Shown: positions 37,434 to 49,939 of the stretch, piece by piece
Layout: each line of letters starts with the position of its first letter
How positions within the stretch are numbered: position 1 is the stretch's first letter
Assembly: GCF_963921235.1 (NCBI RefSeq)
Contig: NC_086097.1
Location: forward strand, 236,842,001-236,906,000
DNA: 64,000 bases
Reading direction: 5' to 3'
Source of the DNA: Mobula hypostoma
Lineage: Eukaryota
Notes under the pieces: generated by a model
Databases searched by the model: none
What the model saw: only the letters and a program-made list of their open reading frames with translations
Told to the model about the DNA's origin: nothing
Made by a program: the position numbers and the translations under genes

Positions 37434-37712
37434 GAACGCACCCAGCACATCTTTAAGAAAAAAGCCGAAATAAACAAGCTAATTAATTAGGTGCAGCCCG
37501 GCATGTAAATGTCAGCCCAGATCAGAGGTGATTGCCGATTGCGTTGCCTCTAATCTGGGCCGACATTTACGTGCCAGGAGGCACCTAATTAATTAGCTTG
37601 TTTATTTTGGCTTTTTTCTTAAAGATGTGCTGGGTGCATTCTGGCTACCACTGCACCCCTGCACGCTTCGCAGATCGGTATCGGTCCGCGGCCCGGAGGT
37701 TGGGGACCACTG
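37434..37712. mobile_element. hAT-type MITE remnant with internal ~60-bp inverted repeat
   Basis: Right end ggttggggaccactg; IR 37434-37494/37581-37641; no left TIR. Confidence 0.65.
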
Positions 37713-37799
37713 TCTTAGAGCACTTGGTCCATTGTTCTTTTCCAAATTGCTGGAGCTGATGTGATGCCAAAGATGAACAGTCCCTTGTGAGTATTATCC

Positions 37800-38411
37800 C
37801 CAATTATTCTCACTCCCTTGCCTTTTTCCCCATGGTCTTTGATGCCCTGGCTAATCAAGAACCTATCTATCTCCGCCTTAAATGCACCCAGTGACTTGGC
37901 CTTCACAGCCATTCGTGGCAACAAATTCCACAGATTTACCACCCACTGACTAAAGTTATTTCTCTGCATCTTAGTTCTAAATGGACGTCCTTCAATCCCG
38001 AAGTCGTGTCCTCTTGTCCTAGACTCCCCTACCACGGGAAATAACTTTGCCATATCTAATCTGTTCAGACCCTTTAACACTCGGAATGTTTCAATGAGAT
38101 TCCCCCTCATTCTCCTGAACTCCAGGGAATACAGCCCAAGAGCTGCAAGACGTTCCTCATATGGTAACCCTTTCATTCCTGGAATCATTGTCTCTGAACC
38201 CTCTTCAATGTCAATATATCCTTTCTAAAATAAGGAGCCCAAAACTGCACACAATACTCCAAGTGTTGTCTCACGATTGCCTTATGGAGCCTCAACCTCA
38301 CATTCCTGCTTTTATATTCTATACCTCCAGAAATGAATGCCAACATTGCACTCGCCTTCTACACCGCTCACTCAACCTGGAGGTTAACCTTCAGGGTATC
38401 CTGCACAAGGA
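37800..38411 (-). mobile_element. CR1 3' fragment within Gypsy RT
   Basis: MIPGMKGLPYEERL..SRTRGHD. Confidence 0.9.
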
Positions 38412-39867
38412 ATTGTGAGGAACTTCCTGCTTGACTCTTCAATCTCCATTTCCAGATAGGCTTGTGACAAGTCAATTTTTGAAAACCTCTCTCTGCCTGT
38501 CAAGATGCAAAAATGTCTTCTATTTGCGGCAGCGATCACTACACAGTACACAGCACCGGGTTGATATTCACCTAGTAATCACCACATATGCAAATTCCTT
38601 TCCTTGATCACTGGGATAATGGGAATGACCCAATTGCTCCACTCAACCTTGGAGGGAATTTCAGATGTTTCCAAGCTCTGCAGTTCAGCATCCACTTTAG
38701 GAAGCAATGTGTTAGGCACTGGATGCGCTTCATGAAACCTTGGTTTTGCTGTTTCATCCAGTTCAATTCTGGCCTTCATGCCTTTCAATTTACCAATCCC
38801 CTTCTCAAACACCTTCTCTTTAGCTTTAAGCAGCTGTGTCAATCTCTGGTTAGTGCTACCATTCCGGCTGCAGTTGCCTGTTGATGTTACACTGAGAGCT
38901 TTGATTGAGTGCCACTCTAGTTGGATTTATCTCAATCATTCATGACAAAAAAGTGCTGGACATCCACTTGTCAATACATAAAGCCTTAACTGTTGTGTTT
39001 GGCCTCCATATGTCACACTTACTTTCATCTTGCCTTTGTGAGAAACTTTTTTATCTGTGTAAGTCTTTAGCATCACTGAGGACTTCTTTAATGGTATCTT
39101 AGAAAATAAAAACAATCTGTTGTAGTCAGCTTCTGGAAATATGGACAAAGCTGGCCCTGTATCCAGCTCCATTTTCAGTTTTACACCGGACACACCTATT
39201 GTGATCCAGATGATTTTGTGATCTGCTTCAGTAATACTAGGCAGGACAACTCACCTTTGTCAGACTCTATGTTGTCTAATTCTGATTTACTTTTGGTAAC
39301 TTCATGCATTTGCACAGTTTTGTGTTTGAGACTTTTCACTTGGTTGTGCTTTTTGTCTGCCTCACACACTCTCTCTATGTAACCTTGTCTGTGACAATTT
39401 CTGCAGACTTTTTTTTGAACCAACAGTCATTTGCATCATGGGAGGATTTGCCACATTAATTCTATTTTTGGCTTTTTGCACCATTCAGCAACATTTTGTG
39501 CATTTCACATGCTAACCTCCTTTTCTGTAGTTTTGCTGCTGTATATCGCAATGGTCAATGCCCATTCTAAGATTAGGTCTCTTTTGGATATCAGCCTCTT
39601 TTCAGTGCTTTGACTATGCATGCCACATAAAAACCTGCCCCTTTTTGCATCAGAAAGTCCATCTTTAAAGTCACAGTTTTTTTGGGAATGTTTGCACAGT
39701 TCTGCGATATAATCAGAAATGCTTTCATCTTTTGACTGGTTCCTTTTGTAAAACCTAAATCTCTCAGCCGAGTCCAGTGGCTGTTAGCAGAGCCGACTAA
39801 TGAGCCAAGTGTCCATACAAGCACGGTGATGCGGCTTCTGTAGGTTTTCTTCTTTTTGTCTTGTAGT

Positions 39868-40237
39868 TTCATAAGACCATATGCTATAGGAAAAGAATTA
39901 GGCCGTTTGGCCCATCGAGTCTGCTCTGCTATTTTATCATGGTTGATCCAATTTCCACTCAGCCCCAACTTCCTGCCTTTTCCCTGAATCCCTTCATGCC
40001 CTGACCAATTAAGAACTTATCAACCTCTACCTTAAATACATTCAGTTACCTAGCCTTCACAGCCACCTGTGGTAAAGAATTCTACAGATTCACCACACTC
40101 TGGTAAAAGAAATTCCTCCTCATCTCTGTTCTAAAAGGACACCCCTTTATTCTGAGGCTGTGTCCTCTGGTCCAAGACTCTCCCACCATAGGAAACATCC
40201 TCACCACATCCATTCTATCAAGACTTTTCATCATTCA
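39868..40237 (-). mobile_element. CR1 3' end
   Basis: cataagacca tail; similar to 53550-53900. Confidence 0.85.
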
Positions 40238-40561
40238 ACACACATCAAAGTTGCTGGTGAACGCAGCAGGCCAGGCAGCATCTCTAGGAAGAGGTACAGT
40301 CGACGTTTCAGGCCAAGACCCTTCATCAAGACTAACTGAAGAAAGAACTAGTAAGAGATTTAAAAGTGGGAGGGGGAGGGGGAAGATCCAAAATGATAGG
40401 AGAAGACAGGAGAGGGAGGGATGGAGCCAAGAGCTGGACAGATGATTGGCAAAAGGGATACGAGAGGATCATGGGACAGGAGGCCCAGGGAGAAGGAAAA
40501 GGGGGATGGGGGGAAAAACCCAGAAGATGGGCAAGGGGTATAGTCAGAGGGACAGAGGGAG

Positions 40562-40604
<43 letters not shown>

Positions 40605-40740
40605 TGTGTATATAAATAACAGATGGGGTACGAGGGGGAGGTGGGGCATTAGCAAAAGTTAGAGAAGTCAATGTTCATGCCATCAGGTTGGAGGTTGGAA
40701 GCTACTCAGACGGAGTATAAGGTGTTGTTCTTCCAACCTG
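40238..40740 (-). mobile_element. Penelope 3' fragment with hammerhead variant (40297-40334, C3U) and (GA)n
   Basis: Collinear with 26897-27372. Confidence 0.92.
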
Positions 40741-40819
40741 TAGTACAAAACAGTATGAGACCTTCATTGTGCCAGCTTTTTAACCCACTCCATGATCAAT
40801 CTAACCCTTCCATCCTAAA

Positions 40820-41105
40820 TTCAGAATCAGAATCAGGTTTAATATCACAGGCATATGTCATGTATCGTTTTTGTGGCAGCTTTACATTGCAGTATATAAT
40901 AATAGGAAAAAGCATGAATTATACTAAGTATATATATTAAATATTTAAATTAAATAAGTAGTGCACAAATAGAAATAACGAAGTTGTGAGGTAGTGTTCA
41001 TTGGTCAATGTCCATTCAGAAATCTAATAGCAGAGGGGAAGAAGCTGTTCCTAAATTGTTGAGTGTGTGCCTTCAGATTTCTGTTCCTACTTGCTGATGA
41101 TAGTA
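40820..41105 (-). mobile_element. Rex/L2-like 3' tail
   Basis: tcagaatcagaatcaggtttaat tail; ggggaagaagctgttcct. Confidence 0.75.
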
Positions 41106-41109
41106 ATTA

Positions 41110-41340
41110 CCCATAATCCTCCATTTTTCTTTCATCCATGTGGCCTATCTAAGAGCCAATTAATGTGTCAGCCTCTACAACTACCTCAGCAGTGTGATGC
41201 AGACATCTACCACTCTTTGTATAAAAAAACCTTCCCCTGATGTTTCCCCTCACAATTTCTCCTATCACCTTAAAGAGATATCCTCTGATATTGGTCATTA
41301 TCTATGTGGGAATAGGTGCTGGCTGTCCACTCTGTCTATG
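41110..41340 (-). mobile_element. Old CR1 3' fragment (resumes ~43343-43405)
   Basis: ggctgtccactctgtctatg | tctctcataatctctatcaag. Confidence 0.7.
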
Positions 41341-41589
41341 GAGGTGAGTTTGCTGTCTCTGGGCTAGTACTTGCTAGAGTTCAGAAGAAAGAGGGAAAAT
41401 CTCACTGAAACCCATTGAATATTGAAAGGCCTACATAGAGTGCATGTGGTGTGGATATTTCCTGTAATGGGGGACACTAGCACTAGAGGAAACATCCCCA
41501 GAATAGAGCGATATCCATTTCGAAAAGGGAAGAGGAGGAATTTCCTTAGCCAGGGGGTGGTGAATCTGAGGAATTAAATGATTGTGTGG

Positions 41590-41970
41590 AGGCCACTTGA
41601 TAAGGTACCTCCTGTTGCAAATAAAGTGGACACTGAGTGTATGTTTGTGGTCTTCTGCTGCAAGGCTTGACATGTTGTGCATTCAGAGACTCTTAACTGC
41701 AGACCACTGTTGTACAGCATGGTTATTTGAGTTATTTATGCCTTCTTGTTAGCTTGAACCAGTTTGGACATTCTTCTCTGACCTCTCTCATTAACAAGGC
41801 ATTTCTGCCCACAGAACAGCCACTCACTGGATGCCTTCTTGTTTTGTTTTTTGAACCATCTGTAAATTCTGGAGACTGTTGTGCATTAAAACCCAGCATG
41901 ATTGCCTGATGTGATATTTGCCTTAATGAGCAGGTTTACAGGTCTACCTAATAAAGTGGCCAAAGAGTTC
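41590..41970. mobile_element. Tc1-derived MITE, decayed
   Basis: Collinear with 15365-15895. Confidence 0.7.
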
Positions 41971-41984
41971 ATATTTTACATTCT

Positions 41985-42277
41985 GTAGTGATTAATTGCA
42001 GATTTTGGTCTAACCATCAACTGTAAAAAAAAACAAATGTATGGTAATATCAAAACAGCAGGATACTCCCAACTGCCAATTGTACATTGGTAACCAAGAG
42101 ATTGAACAAAAGACCAGCTTTAATTACCTTGGTAGCTTTATATCACAAGATGCTAGAAGTAAAGTAGAAATAAAAAGAAGAATTGCCATTGCCAAATCCA
42201 ACTTCCAAATAATGAAACCCCTTTATACCAACAGACACATTTCTATGACAACAAGGCTTAGGCTACTAAAATTTTAC
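41985..42277 (+). mobile_element. RTE-clade LINE fragment
   Basis: [36 protein letters not shown]. Confidence 0.8.
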
Positions 42278-43342
42278 AACTGGATTCAGAACTGGCTTGC
42301 CCACAGAAGGCAAAGAGTAGTTGTAGACGGGTCATATTCTGCATGGAGGCGGGTGACCAGTGGTGTGCCTCAGGGATCTGTTCTGGGGCCCTTACTCTTC
42401 ATGGTTTTTATAAATGACCTGGATGAGGAAGTGGAGGGATGTGTTAGAAAGTTTGCTGACGACACAAAGGTTGGAGGTGTTGTGGATAGTGTGGAGGGCT
42501 GTCAGAGGTTACAGCGGGACATTGATAGGATGCAATACTGGGCTGAGAAGTAGCAGATGGAGTTCAACCCAAATAAATGTGAAGTGGTTCATTTTGGTAA
42601 GTCAAAAATGATGGCAGAATATAGTATTAATGGTAAGACTCTTGGCAGTGGAGGATCAGAGGGATCTTGGGGCTCCGAGTCCATAGGATGCTCAAAGCAG
42701 TTGCGCAGATTGACTCTGTTAAGAAGGCGTGCGGTGTATTGGCCTTCATCAATCGTGGAATTGAATTTAGGAGCCAAGAGATAATGTTGCAGCTATATAG
42801 GACCCTGGTCAGACCCCACTTGGAGTACTGTGCTCAGTTCTGATCACCTCACTACAGGAAGGATGTGGAAACCATAGAAAGGGTGCAGAAGAGATTTACA
42901 AGGATGTTGCCTGGATTGGGGAGCATGGCTTATGAGAATAGGTTGAGTGAACTCAGCCTTTTCTCCTTGGAGTGACGGAGGGTGAGAGGTGACCTGATGG
43001 AGGTGTATAAGATAATGAGAGGCATTGATCGTGTGGATAGTCAGAGGCTTTTCCCAGGGCTGAAATGGTTGCCACAAGAGGACACAGTGCTGGGGAGTAG
43101 GTACAGAGGAGATGTCAGGGGTAAGTTTTTTACTCAGTGGTGAGTGCATGGAATGGGCTGCCAGCAACGGTGGTGGAGGCGGATACGATAGGGTCTTTTA
43201 AGAGACATTTAGATAGGTACATGGAGCTTAGTGAAATAGAGGGCTATAGGTAAGCCTAGTAATTTCTAAGGTAGGGACATGTTCGGCACAACTTTGTGGG
43301 CTGAAAGACCTGTATTGTGCTGTAGGTTTTCTATGTTCTATG
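42278..43342 (+). mobile_element. 5'-truncated CR1
   Basis: [27 protein letters not shown]; ttctatgttctatg tail. Confidence 0.93.
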
Positions 43343-43709
43343 TCTCTCATAATCTCTATCAAGTTGCCTCTCATCCTTTTCTTTAAAGAGAACATCCCTA
43401 GCTTTTACACATGATAAGTAAACTGCAAGATTTTCCAAATAGCTCAGTTTCTAACCTGGAAGGGGTCAGGTACACAAAACGTCATTGTCACCTTCACTGG
43501 CAATATGTGTACAGTATATCTGTATTGCAATTGTGCTGCTCTGATGTAGATCCTGTGCTGTAATATTCTATGACTCTATGATCTGCTAGCTTTTAATAGA
43601 GCATATTTGGACGCAGGGTATTCTAAAGGACTTTCTGTACCATGTGGTATGACTTTTGGCATACTTCTATACCAGTTACTTCAATTAGTTGAATGCAGAC
43701 CACCTCAGA

Positions 43710-44528
43710 TGGCACAATGGCGTAGTGGTTAGTACACTTTATAGACCCCATTGATTCCCACTACTGCCTGCAAGGAGATTGCGCATACTCTCTGTGACCA
43801 TGTAGTTGTCCTACAGGTGCTCCGGCCTCCTCCCACATTCTAAAGATGTACGGTCAGGGTTGGTGAGCTGTGCGCATGCTATGTCAGTGACAGAAGTGTG
43901 GCGATACTTGCAGGCAACTCCCAGCGTAATCCTCACTGATCTTAGGTGTGTACTCTGATCATCTTAGTTGCCTGTCTTGTAACCGTAAGGTCCTGTTGGA
44001 CATTGTAAACGTGGATTGCTGCAAGTCTGATTCACTGCTTTATTGGTGGGTGGCAGGTCCAGGTGGTGGGAGAGCTGCATGGCCTCGATCATGATAAGGA
44101 TCAGGCCTCAAGGCACGGAGTCGCCCTGGAGAGGGGTTTGGGAGTCAGGGTGCTCCACTGGAGGCAGTGTGGCGCGGCTTCCAGGCTGGAGTCGGTACTC
44201 CTTCCCAAGTGTTCGTCTGGCAGAAGACAAGCCATTTTGTGTTTGACTGCAGACTCCTGCAACATTCATGGACTTATGGTCTTAGACTATATTTTTTTGA
44301 GTGATGGTATTTTACTGATACCTTATGTGTGCTTGCTACCTTAAATGTGCCTTGTGCTGTGTATGACTGTTGGATCTGTGTTTTGCATCTCGGCCCTGGA
44401 CTAAGGCTTTTTTGTATGGCTGTATTCATGGGTATTTATGTGTGGTTGAATGACAATTAAATTTGCAATTGAACCTTTTTGACACAAATGTGTGTTTTGA
44501 TGTATGACAAATAAAGCTAACCTTTGAA
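43710..44528 (+). mobile_element. V-domain SINE with an inserted non-coding repeat (~43950-44475)
   Basis: tggcgtagtggttag head; ggtgctccggcctcctcccacattctaaaga V domain; tail aataaagctaacctttga at ~44510. Confidence 0.7.
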
Positions 44529-44759
44529 AAAGGTCTTCAGTGGATGATGCTTTATGTCTGCATTAGTGAGCAACAGGAAAGAACTTATGGAAGATGTAAG
44601 AGATTAATACTTCAAGAAATTGTTTTGTTCTAAATGATGGTTGATCTTCGTAAACCATTAATCACTCAATGAATTGGAAAGTTTCCTGATGAAATTCTGC
44701 AGCAAAGGGATATAGGAGAAATACACAGCTACCATTAACAACAATACTTAAAGGGCAAG

Positions 44760-44966
44760 TGTTATGTTTTGTACAGGAAGCCAGGAAATAACTCATGTAT
44801 GCTTAGTTATACTGTAGCATAGTGTACACTTCTGATGCTGTGGCGTAATGACGTATGTCATTCACATACTTTTATATGTAACCCATAATGATTTATGTAA
44901 ACAACCATAAACAGCAAGCTTATTCAAACAATGTATTTATAATATTACTGAAATATTTAAAACACA
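44760..44966. mobile_element. Probable solo LTR (207 bp)
   Basis: TGT...ACA termini; 5-bp TSD gcaag 44755-44759/44967-44971; interrupts an old CR1 tail. Confidence 0.75.
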
Positions 44967-45179
44967 GCAAGCAGTTGGACAGTTACACGGATAAGAAGTT
45001 TTTGGAAGATTATGAGCCAAATGCTGGCAAATGGGACAAGCCTGGAAGGAGCATTTTGGTCAGCGTAGACTGGTAGAACCAAAAGGCATTGTTTCTGTGC
45101 TATGTAAATCTGTGACTCCACAGAAAAGCAGACTTCATCCAGAGAATTTATACATAGGGCAAGTGATCATAATATGATA

Positions 45180-46503
45180 AATTCACCCTGAAATTTGAGA
45201 AGGAGAAGCTAAAGTCAGATGTAGCAGAATTACAGTGGAGCAAAGGGAATTACAGAGGCATGAGAGAGGATTTGGCCAGAATTGATTAGAAAAAGGAATA
45301 CTGGCAGGGATGACGGCAGAGCAGCAATGGCTGGAATTTCTGGAAGCAATTCGGAAGGCATGTGATATATACATCCCAAAGAGGAAGACGTATTCTAAAG
45401 GAAAGATGACAAAGCTGTGGCTAACAAGAGAAGCCAAATCCAACATAAAAGCCAAAGAGAGAGCATATAATTGAGCAAAAATTAGTGGGAAGTTAGAATA
45501 TTGGGAAGCTTTTAAAAACCAACAGAAGACAAGTAAAAAAGTCATTAAGAAGTTAAAGATGGAATATGAAATTAAGCTGGCCAATAATATTAAAGAGGAT
45601 ACCATAAGTTTTTACAGCTCAAGGAAAATTGTCCTGACACATCTGTCAGAATACTTTGAAGAAATCTTTCTCACCATTCGGAAGTAATGAATCTCTCTGG
45701 GTTTCGGACATATCCACCAAAGGAACAATTGTCCTGCTGCATGCAGCATGATTGTTTGGTCCTCATATCTCAGAAAGAACATGTTGTCATTGGAGAGAAT
45801 CCAGAGGAGGTTCACAAGATTGATTCTGGGAACCAAGGGGTTACATATGAGGAGCTTTTGGCAGCTTTGGGCCTGTACCTTGGAGCTTTTAAAAACCAAC
45901 TGGAGGTAAGTAAAAAAAAGTCATTAAGAAGGTAAAGATGAAATACAAAATTAAGCTGGTCAATAATAGGCTGCTTAATAAGCTTCAAGTCCGTGGTATC
46001 ACAGGAAAGATTCTAGCATGGATAAAGCAGTGGCTGATTTTCAGGAGACAAAGACTGGGAATAAAGAGAACCTTTTCAAATTGGCTGCTGGTGATGAGTG
46101 GTGTTCCCAGGGGTTTGTGTTGGGACCGATTCTTTTTACATTGTACAGTATGTTATTGTACAGCTTGGATGATGAAATTAATGGCTTTGTTGCAAACTTT
46201 GCAGATGATGTGAAGATAGGTGGAGGGGCCATCCTTTTAGTACAGAAATGAGGAGGAATTTCTTTAGTTAGATTATGGTGAATCTGTGGAATTCTTTGCC
46301 ACAGGCAGCTGTGGAGGCCAAGTCTTTATATATATTTAAGGCAGAGTTTGATAGATTCTTGATTGGTCAGGGCATGAAGGGATATGGGGAGAAGGCAGGA
46401 GATTGGGGCTGAGAGAAAATTCAATACGCCATGATGAAATGGCGGAGAAGACTCGGACCAAATGGCCTAATTCTGTTCCTATATCTTATGGTCTTATGGT
46501 CTT
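45180..46503 (+). mobile_element. Rearranged CR1 fragments
   Basis: Linker, C-terminal, RT (FADD) and 3' tail pieces out of order. Confidence 0.8.
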
Positions 46504-46769
46504 GTATCCCCAGGTCAAGAATTTCTTACTGGTAGATAGAAATCAAAACAAGTAATTAATTAATTCATTTTAATAGTGGATATTGAATAACGGATTTGCT
46601 AGAAAACAGTATTTTGGTTTGATTCAATCTTTTAATGAGGCACTAACCGAATGTCAAAGGCATGTGAAACAAAAATCTCAAACAGTATTAAATTGTACAA
46701 TGAATTAGAAAGTATTTTAATTTTCTGGTGAAATTAATGTATTGTGCATATTTCGTCTGCTGTCTACTT

Positions 46770-47092
46770 TCTTACTGCTCGTTACACCACTGCCGTTTAG
46801 CTCAGCAATGAAGGTCCTCCACCTCTGAATGTGTAGAAGGATTCTTCATTGTCGTTCCCTTAACAATTGTGTTTTGACAGGTCAGGGTTGTTAGCCCCAG
46901 GCGGAAACCCTGAACCTGGAAGACTGGTGGGTCACTCTTAGTCTGGCTTCCACCCTTTGACCTGTTTGGCATGGGCGACCCGACGAAGAGCCATAGCACA
47001 AGACCCTGACTCCAGCCATCATAACAGTCTGGGTCATTGAAGCACGCAAACCTCCAAAACCTCTGAAGCAGTGATGTTCCTGTTGAAGGAGT
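46770..47092 (-). mobile_element. RTE-derived non-autonomous fragment
   Basis: gggtcgcccatgccaaacaggtcaaagggtggaagccagactaagag leader-like sequence and short tail on minus strand. Confidence 0.55.
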
Positions 47093-47297
47093 CTGTTGTG
47101 TAGGAATGATTTAAAATATTTTTTTAAAATTCTGAGCAAAGAAGGACTGAACAGGAAGGAACTTTTCCTCTTTGAAAAATTCATGTCTTTAAAGTTAAGT
47201 GATTTGATTTGGAACACATCATATTGTTCCACCCATTAAGAATACTACGTTAAAGCTATAAACTTCTGAGGGATAAAAATAAGTAAAGTAAGGAACT

Positions 47298-47529
47298 CAG
47301 GAACACACACAAATGCTGGAGGAACTCAGCAGGCCATGCAGCATCTATGGAAAAGAGTAAATAGTCGACGTTTCAGACCGAGACCCTTCATCAGGACCGA
47401 TGAAGGATCTTGGCCCCAAGCATTGACTGTTTACTTTTTGTAATAGATGCTGCTTGGCCTGCTGAGATCCTCCAGCATTTTGTATGTTTTGCATGAATTT
47501 CCAGTACCTGCAGATTTTCTCTTGCTTCT
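47298..47529. mobile_element. Penelope-terminus hairpin insertion with two opposed hammerhead motifs
   Basis: TSD gtaaggaact 47288-47297/47530-47539; intact core on minus 47363-47398, decayed on plus 47397-47430. Confidence 0.85.
47363..47398 (-). ncRNA. Minimal hammerhead ribozyme, intact core
   Basis: ggtc-CTGATGA-agggtctcggtct-GAAACGTC-gact. Confidence 0.7.
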
Positions 47530-47705
47530 GTAAGGAACTGAAGAAACACTTCAGCTTTCAAGTGGTTATTAAGAGGGCATGTCATTGCATGGATTTGTTA
47601 AGTATTTAGGGAAGGCTGAATAAATCATTGGGGTAAAATGGAATAAGGTATGGAGTTAGTATAAGATCAAGTAAGGAAGTCAGGGTCTCTTCTAAAGCAT
47701 AGACG

Positions 47706-49790
47706 ATTGTTCATCCCAGTTTGGCAAAAGAATAAATCAAGGAAGGTAGTGCACCCCTGGTTGACAAGAGAAATTAGGGATAGTATCAATTCAAAAGAAG
47801 AAGCATACAAATTAGCCAGAAAAAGTGGCTCACCTGAGGACTGCGAGAAATTCAGAGTTCAGCAGAGGAGGACAAAGGGCTTAATTAGGAAGGGGAAAAT
47901 AGATTATGAGAGAAAACTGGCAGGGAACATAAAAACTGACTGTAAAAGCTTTTATAGATATGTAAAAAGGAAAAGACTGGTAAAAACAAATGTAGGTCCC
48001 CTACAGACAGAAACAGGTGAGTTGATTATGGGGAGCAAGGACATGGCAGACCAATTGAATAATTACTTTGGTTCTGTCTTCACTAAGGAGGACATAAATA
48101 ATCTTCCAGAAATAGTAGGGGACAGAGGGTCCAGTGAGATGGAGGAACTGAGCGAAATACATGTTAGTAGGGAAGTGGTGTTAGGTAAATTGAAGGGATT
48201 GAAGGCAGATAAATCCCCAGGGCCAGATGGTCTGCATCCCAGAGTGCTTAAGGAAGTAGCCCAAGAAATAGTGGATGCATTAGTGATAATTTTTCAAAAC
48301 TCGTTAGATTCTGGACTGGTTCCTGAGGATTGGAGGGTGGCTAATGTAACCCCACTTTTTAAAAAAGGAGGGAGAGAGAAACCGGGGAATTATAGACCAG
48401 TTAGCCTAACGTCAGTGGTGGGGAAACTGCTGGAGTCAGTTATCAAAGATGTGATAACAGCACATTTGGAAAGCGGTGAAATCATCGGACAAAGTCAGCA
48501 TGGATTTGTGAAAGGAAAATCATGTCTGACGAATCTCATAGAATTTTTTGAGGATGTAACTAGTAGAGTGGATAGGGGAGAACCAGTGGATGTGGTATAT
48601 TTGGATTTTCAAAAGGCTTTTGACAAGGTCCCACACAGGAGATTAGTGTGCAAACTTAAAGCACACTGTATTGGGGGTAAGGTATTGATGTGGATAGAGA
48701 ATTGGTTAGCAGACAGGAAGCAAAGAGTGGGAATAAATGGGACCTTTTCAGAATGGCAGGCGGTGACTAGTGGGGTACCGCAAGGCTCAGTGCTGGGACC
48801 CCAGTTGTTTACAATATATATTAATGACTTGGATGAGGGAATTAAATGCAGCATCTCCAAGTTTGCGGATGACACAAAGCTGGGTGGCAGTGTTAGCTGT
48901 GAGGAGGATGCTAAGAGGATGCAGAGTGACTTGGATAGGTTGGGTGAGTGGGCAAATTCATGACAGATGCAATTTAATGTGGATAAATGTGAAGTTATCC
49001 ACTTTGGTGGCAAAAATAGGAAAACAGATTATTATCTGAATGGTGGCCGATTAGGAAAAGGGGAGGTGCAACGAGACCTGGGTGTCATTATACACCAGTC
49101 ATTGAAAGTGGGCATGCAGGTACAGCAGGCGGTGAAAAAGGCGAATGGTATGCTGGCATTTATAGCAAGAGGATTTGAGTACAGGAGCAGGGAGGTACTA
49201 CTGCAGTTGTACAAGGCCTTGGTGAGACCATACCTGGAGTATTGTGTGCAGTTTTGGTCCCCTGATCTGAGGAAAGACATCCCTGCCATAGAGGGAGTAC
49301 AAAGAAGGTTCACCAGATTGATTCCTGGGATGGCAGGACTTTCATATGAAGAAAGACTGGATGAACTAGGCTTGTACTCGTTGGAATTTAGAAGATTGAG
49401 GGGGGATCTGATTGAAACGTATAAAATCCTAAAGGGATTGGACAGGCTAGATGCAGGAAGATTGTTCCCGATGTTGGGGAAGTCCAGAACGAAGGGTCAC
49501 AGCTTGAGGATAAAGGGGAAGCCTTTTAGGACCGAGATTAGGAAAGACTTCTTCACACAGAGAGTGGTGAATCTGTGGAATTCTCTGCCACAGGAAACAG
49601 TTGAGGCCAGTTCATTGACTATATTTAAGAGGGAATTAGATATGGCCCTTGTGGCTACGGGGATCAGGGGGTATGGAGGGAAGACTGGTACGGGGTTCTG
49701 AGTTGAATGATCAGCCATGGTCATAATAAACGGCGGTGCAGGCTCGAAGGGCCGAATAGCCTACTCCTGCACCTATTTTCTATGTTTCTA
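47706..49790 (+). mobile_element. Young 5'-truncated CR1 (single nonsense at 48961)
   Basis: ORFs 47707-48963 and 48967-49701 near-identical to 4816-6992. Confidence 0.97.
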
Positions 49791-49939
49791 TAGATCAGTT
49801 GGAATAAATGGGCAGATACTATGTTGTAACTTCTTTGCAATTTCATGCTTTTTAGTACAGAAAAAAATCATTCCTCTCTTCCCACGCATAATTTATTTTC
49901 TCCAAATGATGGAAATTTCAGCATCTCAAATATCATATG

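Larger units (their letters stand above)
36407..39840 (-). mobile_element. Decayed Ty3/Gypsy internal region (gag-PR-RT-IN) with PPT; putative 3' LTR starts at 36406 heading left
   Basis: Zn knuckle CRNCHRQGYIERVC; protease LDTG; RT FGITSAPAIW; integrase SDNGPQY..GLAERFIQT; PPT aaaggggaagaaag followed by TGTAAT on minus strand. Confidence 0.88.

Noticed and set aside
42041..42553. In-frame RTE-CR1 fusion protein
   Set aside because: Short, no credible start, followed by stops and frameshifts; one-in-three chance frame match
46770..47092. Second HDV-like ribozyme at an RTE-like leader
   Set aside because: Could not assign P3/L3 and P1 in this decayed copy
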